The notes under the pieces: generated by a model | What the model saw: only the letters and a program-made list of their open reading frames with translations | Databases searched by the model: none | What the model was told of the DNA's origin: nothing | Shown: positions 27,396 to 38,100 of the stretch, one piece after another | How positions within the stretch are numbered: position 1 is the first letter of the stretch | Layout: every line of letters starts with the position of its first letter | Program-made: the position numbers and the translations under genes | From: Eledone cirrhosa | Lineage: Eukaryota | Direction of reading: 5' to 3' | Assembly (NCBI GenBank): GCA_964016885.1 | Contig: OZ024744.1 | Coordinates: forward strand, 434,001 to 498,000 | DNA length: 64,000 bases

Positions 27396-30300
27396 ACATT
27401 TTACGTCCGCTTTTCCCTGCTTGCAAGGGTGGGACGGGTCCTATTCAGCACAGCATCTCTCCACTTATCACAGATAAGTGGAGAGCTTCAGCGATCTGAG
27501 GTCTGCTCTCACCACCTCCACCCATGTTTTTTGTGGTCTAACTCTACTGCATCTTCCTTCAACTGGCATTTCTTGGCACTTCTTTACATCCTCCATGCGC
27601 ACCACATGTCCATAACATCGCAGTCTTCTCTCCCGCATACTACAACTTATCCCTCTTAAACACAGTTTCTCTCTCAACACGTCCATGCTCGGTCGTTCAC
27701 GCACATTGACATTGCACATGCAACGGAGCATGCTTGCCTCATTTCTCTCCAGCCGACGCATATCCTCTGCAGTTGCTGCTCATGTCTCACTACCATGCAG
27801 CATCGCGTTCCTCACACAGGCTTCATATAACCGGCCTTTCGTACGCAGGGAGAAACCCTTTTTCGTCAGCAGAAGAAGCAGCTCCCTAAACTTCTTCCAA
27901 CCCGTCCTTATTCTAGATACTATGGCCTCGGAATCACCTAGGTACCGGAAGCTATCAATCACTTCTATAGAACCCACCTGCATTTGAAAAATGTGTCTAT
28001 CAATGTGACTTCTACTGTCAAATTTCCCTGTACATCTACTGCATACTTATTTTTCCCTATCTCTTAGTTTGCCTGCCATCCCACTACATCTCTTGTGTAC
28101 CCAAGATCTGCATTGGGTACATTTTCTAGAATGTGTAGCAGTTCCTTTTCTGCATATCGAACATGGCCATTTCCCTGACGGAATCAGAGTATTATCCTCT
28201 TTTCTGCTCATCAACACTTAACTACGGTCACTCTCAGTCCTCTTAATTCCAACTGCTGTTTCCATAGCCAGAATTCATTCTCTAGCTCCTCTACTGATTC
28301 TGCTATAAGAACCAGATCGTCAGCTTGGAGAAGTTCCCATGGGCAGCCAGTATTAAACTCCTCTGTTATGGTTTGGAGTATTATAATGAACAAGAGCGGG
28401 CTGAGGACCGAACCCTGATGTACTCCTACTTGTCTCTGGAATTCCTCACTAAACACCATTCCTATCTTCACTTTACTGACAGCATCCCTCTATAAAGCTT
28501 GCACTGTCCTCACAAGCCATTCCTCAACACCTAGTTTCCTTAGGGACCACCAGATGACAGATCGGGGTACCCTATCAAAGGCCTTCTCTAGGTCAACAGA
28601 AGCTAAGTATAGTGGCTTATTGTTCTCTAAAAACCTCTCTTGTAGTTCTCTCACTAAAAAGAGGGCAACTGTTGTACTTTTCCGAGGCACAAAACCAAAT
28701 TGCATCTGATCTAATTTGAAACTTTCTCTAATTAGTTGCGCTAATATCCTTTCTGCCACTTTCATAACCTGATCCATTAGTTTTACACCACTATAATTGC
28801 TCCTCTCCAGAGCATCCCCTTTACCTTTGTAGCAATTTATGAGAATACTGCTGCACCAGTCTTTGGGTATGTCACCGCCATATATAGCCTGATTGATAAT
28901 GCGTGCAACCAGACCAGTTTAGTGCCTTACGTCGCCTGATGCCTTCAGCATCTCAGCAACTATCCCCGACGGTCCAGCGGCCTTACCATTTTTCATTTCT
29001 TTAATCGTCTCTTGGACTCTATATTCGTCAATCTCAATAACTGGTCGCTCTCTCAGATCTACTGGGGGTAATTTCTCTCTCTCCCATTCGTTCACCATAT
29101 TCATCAGTCTCGCATAATGACATTTCCAGGCCTCCTTTTTCTGATCATTCGTGACACTAAGTACACCGGCATCATTCCCGATACACCTATCTCCAACTAT
29201 ATACTGATTTACACTAACACACTGCCTTGCAATACGGAACACCGCACGTCTCTGATCTTCCCGTCGCAAAACATTGGCAAACCTCCTACTCTCAGCCTCC
29301 CTGCGTGCTAAGTACACCTGACGTCTAGCTTCTCTCTTAGCGGTTGTATATCCTTCTCTACTCCCACCATTTTTCCAAGCGTTCCATGCTAGTCTTTTGT
29401 CTCTAATGGCTCTATCTACCGGGCTGCTCCACCACCAGGACACTCTCTGTCTGGTTGGAGCTCTGCTCCAGCCACAAGTTTCTTCAGTAGCCTGCAGTAA
29501 GTTGTCACGTAAGAAATTCCAGTTATCATCTATGTCATACGATTCTAAATCGTCTTCTTTTTCGTCATACACATCTTGAAGGGCTTTACTAAATTTATAT
29601 TTTAGTGAAAGGTCTTTTAGCTTCCAGACCTTTCTTTTCCACATCGTCCTGTATGTCTCATTCTGTCTCTTGCTTACTGAGATATCACTAACGACTAACC
29701 TATGCTGTGGGGTACATTCTTCCCGGGGTATGCCTTGGTATTTGACACCATCTGTCTGTCTCGCTGCCTCATTAGCAAGAGGTCAATCAGGAGTATGTGC
29801 TCGCCTGTTTGGTAGGCTATTAGGTGGTTGGCAGGTTTCTGGAAGTTAGTGTTGCAAATGGTTAGTGCACTTGCATCACAAAACTCAAGAAGTCTCACTC
29901 CTTCTTCATTTCTTGAGCCGTAACCGTACCCACTATGTACCACAGTGTAAACATCCTGGAGGTGTCCAACATGACCATTGAAGTCCCCTGCTAGCATAAC
30001 AATGTCTCCGTCTTCTGTTATTGTGGCTGTTTGTAAAAGTTGCTCGTAAAAGCAGTCTTTCTCTTCTTTACCTAGGCCTGCCTGGGGAGCATAGGCAGAG
30101 ATGATTGTCAGTAGTCTCTTGCCTACAACTAATCTAAGCTTAATTATTCTATCACTAACTCTAACTACCTCTATTGATTATCGATCCATTTCTCAGCCAG
30201 TAAAATGCCCACCCCACCTAACCCATCATCATTACCCACCCAGAAAAGCTTATAACTAAGATGTTTGCCTGAGATTAGTCTTGCAGAGGCACCTCTCCAT

Positions 30301-30495
30301 CTCACCTCTTCCACACAGCATACATCCACGTGCCTTCTCTCCAGCATGTCCACTATCTCACCAGATTTACCTGTTAGAGTGCCAACATTAAGTGAGGCAA
30401 CTCGCATATGGCCTCACCAGCCACCCCACTACCGTGCGCAGCCCTAACATGGTTAGTGTTATTGCTGTTGACGCAGTTGTTGCAATTCTCATTTG

Positions 30496-30497
<2 letters not shown>
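27377..30497 (-). mobile_element. RTE-clade non-LTR retrotransposon (LINE), near full length (about 3.1 kb), decayed
   Basis: Single-ORF layout on -. APE endonuclease motifs: RVASLNVGTL, VCCVEEVRWRG, GVGILL, AGDFNGHVG, GYGSRNEEG. RT motifs: KAAGPSGIVAEMLK, QFGFVPRKSTT, DLEKAFDRVP, GVHQGSVLSPLLF, QADD. RTE C-terminus: FRYLG, KGRLYEACVR, RERRLRCYGHVVRME, RPQKTW. Ends in a (GAT)n tail. The 5' boundary is uncertain (30410-30497). Confidence 0.92.
27468..30407 (-). pseudogene. Disrupted RTE ORF (APE endonuclease, reverse transcriptase, PHD-like finger)
   Basis: Split into fragments 30171-30407, 29695-29997, 28919-29644, 28490-28777, 28211-28471, 27780-27983 and 27468-27761. At least three frame changes and several in-frame stops. 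The catalytic YADD reads QADD. Confidence 0.9.

Positions 30498-30498
<1 letters not shown>

Positions 30499-30570
<72 letters not shown>
30499..30570. repeat. (AT)36 microsatellite
   Basis: Perfect alternating AT, 72 bp. Confidence 0.98.
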
Positions 30571-30573
<3 letters not shown>

Positions 30574-30774
30574 GTTTATGGTTGTGTTTATGTGTATTTT
30601 GTGATTGCGTGTATGCGTGTTTACACGTATGTAATGTGTGTATATGTGTACATTGTGTTTTGGTGGGAGTACGTTTGATGTGCATATGTGTATTTACCTG
30701 TAGGTATGTGTGTGCGTGCGTTATATACGTATTTATATGTGCATATTTATATACGTTTATATAATTATATGTAT

Positions 30775-30808
<34 letters not shown>

Positions 30809-30975
30809 GTGTGTGTGTATTTGGTGTATACGTTCGTATGTGTGCGTGTACAGGTGTCGCGCGGGTTTAAGTATGTGTGCGCGTGTTTATGTGTACGTGT
30901 ATGTATATGCATGCATGGCGGGTGTTTTCGCGTATGCAGGTGTATGTTGTATATAGATGCGTGTATGTATATATT
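30571..30975. repeat. Degenerate (GT/AT/AC)n alternating purine-pyrimidine tract
   Basis: tgtgtatgcgtgt... with (AC)n(AT)n(GT)n at about 30775-30818. Confidence 0.85.
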
Positions 30976-31084
30976 TAATTATTATTGATTTTAATAACCT
31001 CTGTCATTTTCGTTCTACTAATTTATTTACATTATTCTTAACTCTGATTCATTCGGTTTCCTAAAAAGAATATTAATCTACGAC

Positions 31085-31520
31085 TTCATTTATACCATAA
31101 ACCGTATTTCTCTAGAAATACGAAATTCGAACACATATCTGTATACAGCTATGCTCGTAGTTATATTGTAATTCTATTCTATTATAAGTTGAGCCAACTT
31201 ATACAGCTTCATATGCAAATTAGATTAATCACCTCATTTACACAGACGAGAAAACTATATATTCCCGCCTGTTTTCAAAGGCCAGCAGTTGCAAGAAGGG
31301 GAGGGATTCTCCTCACGAGATCCAGTTTAGTTTCAAATGTGCATCGATGATTGTCCCCCTTCGTTCTGCTGGACACCTCCAGATCGCGATAGCCGCTGGT
31401 GTTTTTGCGTAGCTACGGCTTTCTAAATGATTATCTATTTTATCATACCGTATTTCTTTAGAAATATGAAATTCCCATACATATCTGTATACAACTATGC
31501 TCGATGGTAACTTATAATTA
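31085..31520. repeat. Pair of diverged direct repeats (about 31085-31170 and 31435-31520), spacing 346 bp, each with a 20-bp near-palindrome
   Basis: CCGTATTTCTCTAGAAATACGAAATTCGAACACATATCTGTATACAGCTATGCTCG (31102) versus CCGTATTTCTTTAGAAATATGAAATTCCCATACATATCTGTATACAACTATGCTCG (31448). Confidence 0.8.
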
Positions 31521-31580
31521 TATATATATTTGTAAGTACGTGGGTGTGTGTGTATAATAATAATAATTATTATAATAATG

Positions 31581-32187
31581 TTTTTATTTATTAAGAACAA
31601 GGGTTGACATAAAGTATAACATTAAGAACAGTACATGAAAGTACAGGACGGTACAAATGGGCATTACTGAGTGAAAACAAAAAACAAAGGAAATGACAAA
31701 AAAAGAAACAAGGGAACATTGTCTAAATAGGGGGGAGACTTTCGAGGGGCACTCGTGCAGAGAGCCCATTAAAAAAGCTACGGTGACCATGGTGACACCT
31801 TTTTTCCACCTCCAATTTACAGGCACATACTCAGAGCAGGCCCATTCACTCGGGCCATGATTTCCTCTCTCACCGACCACAAATTGCTGGGAAGAGAACA
31901 CTTCCCTCTCCATCCTGATTTTCCTTTTCACATGAAATTTGAAAAAGTTAATCAGGGCACCACCAAAGTGGTAAGTGCACGTCTTCAGCCTTTTCAAACG
32001 CGTCCACCACACGATCGCCATGGCCACCAGGCAGATAAAAACTGCCTGCCCTTCCATGCTAAAGGCAGGAGGTGGGGGCCATCCTCACGATGGACTCAGC
32101 TGATAGCCGGATCCGTCCTACATGCGACAGCAGGTTTTCGATATAAACCCACAAGTCAGCAATGCTGGAACACTGGACGAGTGCGTG
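31581..32187 (-). mobile_element. 3' fragment of an L1/Tx1-type non-LTR retrotransposon (ORF2 C-terminus, 3' UTR, A-rich end)
   Basis: The minus strand reads H-A-L-V-Q-C-SSIADLW (second half of the CCHC knuckle, H-x4-C followed by W), then ...MEGQAVFICLVAMAIVWWTRLK...FFKFHVKRKIRME, and after a frameshift MARVNGPALSMCL* (TAA at 31817-31819). A T-rich 3' UTR ends in AATAAATAAAAA at 31581-31592. Family assignment is by motif recognition, not by a search. Confidence 0.7.
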
Positions 32188-35100
32188 GGAAGACTAGGTA
32201 GAGAAAGATAGCTTGATGAAGAATGAAGTGTTGAGGGAAGACAAGGTAGAGAAAGATAGCGTGGTGAAGAACGAAGTTTTGAGGGAAGACAAAGTAGAGA
32301 AAGATAGCTTGGTGAAGAACGAAGTTTTGGGGGAAGACAATGTAGAGAAAGATAGCTTGATGAAGAACGAAGTTTTGGGAGAAGACAAGGTAGAGAAAGA
32401 TAGCTTGGTGAAGAACGAAGTTTTGAGGGAAGACAAGGTAGAGAAAGATAGCTTGGTGAAGAACGAAGTTTTGGGGGAAGACAAGGTAGAGAAAGATAGC
32501 TTGGTGAAGAACGAAGTTTTGAGGGAAGACAAGGTAGAGAAAGATAGCTTGGTGAAGAACGAAGTTTTGAGGGAAGACAAGGTAGAGAAAGATAGTTGGT
32601 GAAGAACGAAGTTTTGAGGGAAGACAAGGTAGAGAAAGATAGCTTGGTGAAGAACGACGTTTTGAGGGAAGACAAGGTAGAGAAAGATAGCTTGGTGAAG
32701 AACGACGTTTTGGGGGAAGAAAGGTAGAGAAAGATAGCTTGGTGAAGAACAAAGTTTTGGGGGAAGACAAGGTATAGAAAGATAGCTTGGTGAAGAACGA
32801 AGTATTGAGGGAAGACTCGGTAGAGAAAGATAGCTTGGTGAAGAACGAAGTTTTGAGGGAAGACAAGGTAGAGAAAGATAGCTTGGTGAAGAACGAGGTT
32901 TTGAGGGAAGACAAGGTAGAGAAAGATAGCTTGGTGAAGAACGACGTTTTGGGGGAAGAAAGGTAGAGAAAGTAGCTTGGTGAAGAACAAAGTTTTGGGG
33001 GAAGACAAGGTAGAGAAAGATAGCTTGGTGAAGAACGAAGTATTGAGGGAAGACTCGGTAGAGAAAGATAGCTTGGTGAAGAACGAAGTTTTGAGGGAAG
33101 ACAAGGTAGAGAAAGATAGCTTGGTGAAAAACGAGGTTTTGAGGGAAGACAAGGTAGAGAAAGATAGCTTGGTGAAGAACGAAGTTTTGAGGGAAGACAA
33201 GGTAGAGAAAGATAGCTTGGTGAAGAACGAAGTTTTGAGGGAAGACAAGGTAGAGAAAGATAGCTTGGTGAAGAACGAAGTTTTGGGGGAAGACAAGGTA
33301 GAGAAAGATAGCTTGGTGAAGAACGAAGTTTTGAGGGAAGACAAGGTAGAGAAAGATAGCTTGGTGAAGAACGAAGTTTTAGGGGAAGACAATGTAGAGA
33401 AAGATAGCTTGCTGAAGAACGAAGTTTTGAGGGACGACAAAGTAGAGAAAGATAGCTTGGTGAAGAACGAAGTTTTGGGGAAGACAAGGTAGAGAAAGAT
33501 AGCTTGGTGAAGAACGAAGTTTTGGGGGAAGACAAGGTAGAGAAATATAGCTTGGTGAAGAACGAAGTTTTGAGTGAAGTCAAGGTAGAGAAAGATAGCT
33601 TGGTGAAGAACGACGTTTTGAGGGAAGACAAGGTAGAGAAAGATAGCTTGGTGAAGAACGACGTTTTGGGGGAAGACAAGGTAGAGAAAGATAGCTTGGT
33701 GAAGAACAACGTTTTGGGGGAAGACAAGGTAGAGAAAGATAGCTTGGTGAAGAACGAAGTATTGAGGGAAGACTAGGTAGAGAATGATAGTTGGTGAAGA
33801 ACGAAGTTTTGAGGGAAGACAAGGTAGAGAAAGATAGCTTGGTGAAGAACGACGTTTTGAGGGAAGACAAGGTAGAGAAAGATAGCTTGGTGAAGAACGA
33901 CGTTTTGGGGGAAGAAAGGTAGAGAAAGATAGCTTGGTGAAGAACAAAGTTTTGGGGGAAGACAAGGTAGAGAAAGATAGCTTGGTGAAGAACGAAGTAT
34001 TGAGGGAAGACTCGGTAGAGAAAGATAGCTTGGTGAAGAACGAAGTTTTGAGGGAAGACAAGGTAGAGAAAGATAGCTTGGTGAAGAACGAGGTTTTGAG
34101 GGAAGACAAGGTAGAGAAAGATAGCTTGGTGAAGAACGACGTTTTGGGGGAAGAAAGGTAGAGAAAGATAGCTTGGTGAAGAACAAAGTTTTGGGGGAAG
34201 ACAAGGTAGAGAAAGATAGCTTGGTGAAGAACGAAGTATTGAGGGAAGACTCGGTAGAGAAAGATAGCTTGGTGAAGAACGAAGTTTTGAGGGAAGACAA
34301 GGTAGAGAAAGATAGCTTGGTGAAGAACGATGTTTTGAGGGAAGACAAGGTAGAGAAAGATAGCTTGGTGAAGAACGACGTTTTGAGGGAAGACAAGGTA
34401 GAGAAAGATAGCTTGGTGAAGAACGACGTTTTGGGGGAAGAAAGGTAGAGAAAGATAGCTTGGTGAAGAACAAAGTTTTGGGGGAAGAGAAGGTATAGAA
34501 AGATAGCTTGGTGAAGAACGAAGTATTGAGGGAAGACTCGGTAGAGAAAGATAGCTTGGTGAAGAACGAAGTTTTGAGGGAAGACAAGGTAGAGAAAGAT
34601 AGCTTGGTGAAGAACGAAGTTTTGAGGGAAGACAAGGTAGAGAAAGATAGTTGGTGAAGAACGAAGTTTTGAGGGAAGACAAGGTAGAGAAAGATAGCTT
34701 GGTGAAGAACGACGTTTTGAGGGAAGACAAGGTAGAGAAAGATAGCTTGGTGAAGAACGACGTTTTGGGGGAAGAAAGGTAGAGAAAGATAGCTTGGTGA
34801 AGAACGACGTTTTGGGGGAAGAAAGGTAGAGAAAGATAGCTTGGTGAAGAACAAAGTTTTGGGGGAAGACAAGGTATAGAAAGATAGCTTGGTGAAGAAC
34901 GAAGTATTGAGGGAAGACTCGGTAGAGAAAGATAGCTTGGTGAAGAACGAAGTTTTGAGGGAAGACAAGGTAGAGAAAGATAGCTTGGTGAAGAACGAGG
35001 TTTTGAGGGAAGACAACGTAGAGAAAGATAGCTTGGTGAAGAACGACGTTTTGGGGGAAGAAAGGTAGAGAAAGATAGCTTGGTGAAGAACAAAGTTTTG

Positions 35101-38100
35101 GGGGAAGACAAGGTAGAGAAAGATAGCTTGGTGAAGAACGAAGTATTGAGGGAAGACTCGGTAGAGAAAGATAGCTTGGTGAAGAACGAAGTTTTGAGGG
35201 AAGACAAGGTAGAGAAAGATAGCTTGGTGAAGAACGAGGTTTTGAGGGAAGACAAGGTAGAGAAAGATAGCTTGGTGAAGAACGAAGTTTTGGGGGAAGA
35301 CAAGGTAGAGAAAGATAGCTTGGTGAAGAACGAAGTTTTGAGGGAAGACAAGGTAGAGAAAGATAGCTTGGTGAAGAACGAAGTTTTGAGGGAAGACAAG
35401 GTAGAGAAAGATAGCTTGGTGAAGAACGAAGTTTTGGGGGAAGACAAGGTAGAGAAAGATAGCTTGGTGAAGAACGAAGTTTTGAGGGAAGACAAGGTAG
35501 AGAAAGATAGCTTGGTGAAGAACGAAGTTTTAGGGGAAGACAATGTAGAGAAAGATAGCTTGCTGAAGAACGAAGTTTTGAGGGACGACAAAGTAGAGAA
35601 AGATAGCTTGGTGAAGAACGAAGTTTTGGGGAAGACAAGGTAGAGAAAGATAGCTTGATGAAGAATGAAGTGTTGAGGGAAGACAAGGTAGAGAAAGATA
35701 GCGTGGTGAAGAACGAAGTTTTGAGGGAAGACAAAGTAGAGAAAGATAGCTTGGTGAAGAACGAAGTTTTGGGGGAAGACAATGTAGAGAAAGATAGCTT
35801 GATGAAGAACGAAGTTTTGGGAGAAGACAAGGTAGAGAAAGATAGCTTGGTGAAGAACGAAGTTTTGAGGGAAGACAAGGTAGAGAAAGATAGCTTGGTG
35901 AAGAACGAAGTTTTGGGGGAAGACAAGGTAGAGAAAGATAGCTTGGTGAAGAACGAAGTTTTGAGGGAAGACAAGGTAGAGAAAGATAGCTTGGTGAAGA
36001 ACGAAGTTTTGAGGGAAGACAAGGTAGAGAAAGATAGTTGGTGAAGAACGAAGTTTTGAGGGAAGACAAGGTAGAGAAAGATAGCTTGGTGAAGAACGAC
36101 GTTTTGAGGGAAGACAAGGTAGAGAAAGATAGCTTGGTGAAGAACGACGTTTTGGGGGAAGAAAGGTAGAGAAAGATAGCTTGGTGAAGAACAAAGTTTT
36201 GGGGGAAGACAAGGTATAGAAAGATAGCTTGGTGAAGAACGAAGTATTGAGGGAAGACTCGGTAGAGAAAGATAGCTTGGTGAAGAACGAAGTTTTGAGG
36301 GAAGACAAGGTAGAGAAAGATAGCTTGGTGAAGAACGAGGTTTTGAGGGAAGACAAGGTAGAGAAAGATAGCTTGGTGAAGAACGACGTTTTGGGGGAAG
36401 AAAGGTAGAGAAAGATAGCTTGGTGAAGAACAAAGTTTTGGGGGAAGACAAGGTAGAGAAAGATAGCTTGGTGAAGAACGAAGTATTGAGGGAAGACTCG
36501 GTAGAGAAAGATAGCTTGGTGAAGAACGAAGTTTTGAGGGAAGACAAGGTAGAGAAAGATAGCTTGGTGAAAAACGAGGTTTTGAGGGAAGACAAGGTAG
36601 AGAAAGATAGCTTGGTGAAGAACGAAGTTTTGAGGGAAGACAAGGTAGAGAAAGATAGCTTGGTGAAGAACGAAGTTTTGAGGGAAGACAACGTAGAGAA
36701 AGATAGCTTGGTGAAGAACGAAGTTTTGGGGGAAGACAAGGTAGAGAAAGATAGCTTGGTGAAGAACGAAGTTTTGAGGGAAGACAAGGTAGAGAAAGAT
36801 AGCTTGGTGAAGAACGAAGTTTTAGGGGAAGACAATGTAGAGAAAGATAGCTTGCTGAAGAACGAAGTTTTGAGGGACGACAAAGTAGAGAAAGATAGCT
36901 TGGTGAAGAACGAAGTTTTGGGGAAGACAAGGTAGAGAAAGATAGCTTGGTGAAGAACGAAGTTTTGGGGGAAGACAAGGTAGAGAAATATAGCTTGGTG
37001 AAGAACGAAGTTTTGAGTGAAGTCAAGGTAGAGAAAGATAGCTTGGTGAAGAACGACGTTTTGAGGGAAGACAAGGTAGAGAAAGATAGCTTGGTGAAGA
37101 ACGACGTTTTGGGGGAAGACAAGGTAGAGAAAGATAGCTTGGTGAAGAACAACGTTTTGGGGGAAGACAAGGTAGAGAAAGATAGCTTGGTGAAGAACGA
37201 AGTATTGAGGGAAGACTAGGTAGAGAATGATAGTTGGTGAAGAACGAAGTTTTGAGGGAAGACAAGGTAGAGAAAGATAGCTTGGTGAAGAACGACGTTT
37301 TGAGGGAAGACAAGGTAGAGAAAGATAGCTTGGTGAAGAACGACGTTTTGGGGGAAGAAAGGTAGAGAAAGATAGCTTGGTGAAGAACAAAGTTTTGGGG
37401 GAAGACAAGGTAGAGAAAGATAGCTTGGTGAAGAACGAAGTATTGAGGGAAGACTCGGTAGAGAAAGATAGCTTGGTGAAGAACGAAGTTTTGAGGGAAG
37501 ACAAGGTAGAGAAAGATAGCTTGGTGAAGAACGAGGTTTTGAGGGAAGACAAGGTAGAGAAAGATAGCTTGGTGAAGAACGACGTTTTGGGGGAAGAAAG
37601 GTAGAGAAAGATAGCTTGGTGAAGAACAAAGTTTTGGGGGAAGACAAGGTAGAGAAAGATAGCTTGGTGAAGAACGAAGTATTGAGGGAAGACTCGGTAG
37701 AGAAAGATAGCTTGGTGAAGAACGAAGTTTTGAGGGAAGACAAGGTAGAGAAAGATAGCTTGGTGAAGAACGATGTTTTGAGGGAAGACAAGGTAGAGAA
37801 AGATAGCTTGGTGAAGAACGACGTTTTGAGGGAAGACAAGGTAGAGAAAGATAGCTTGGTGAAGAACGACGTTTTGGGGGAAGAAAGGTAGAGAAAGATA
37901 GCTTGGTGAAGAACAAAGTTTTGGGGGAAGAGAAGGTATAGAAAGATAGCTTGGTGAAGAACGAAGTATTGAGGGAAGACTCGGTAGAGAAAGATAGCTT
38001 GGTGAAGAACGAAGTTTTGAGGGAAGACAAGGTAGAGAAAGATAGCTTGGTGAAGAACGAAGTTTTGAGGGAAGACAAGGTAGAGAAAGATAGTTGGTGA

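Noticed and set aside
27468-30407. Active or domesticated reverse transcriptase gene
   Set aside because: Multiple stops and frameshifts, YADD changed to QADD, and an apparent short deletion after FRYLGD indicate a dead copy.
30392-30988. YIYIYI and CVCV ORFs
   Set aside because: Translations of (AT)n and (GT)n tracts.
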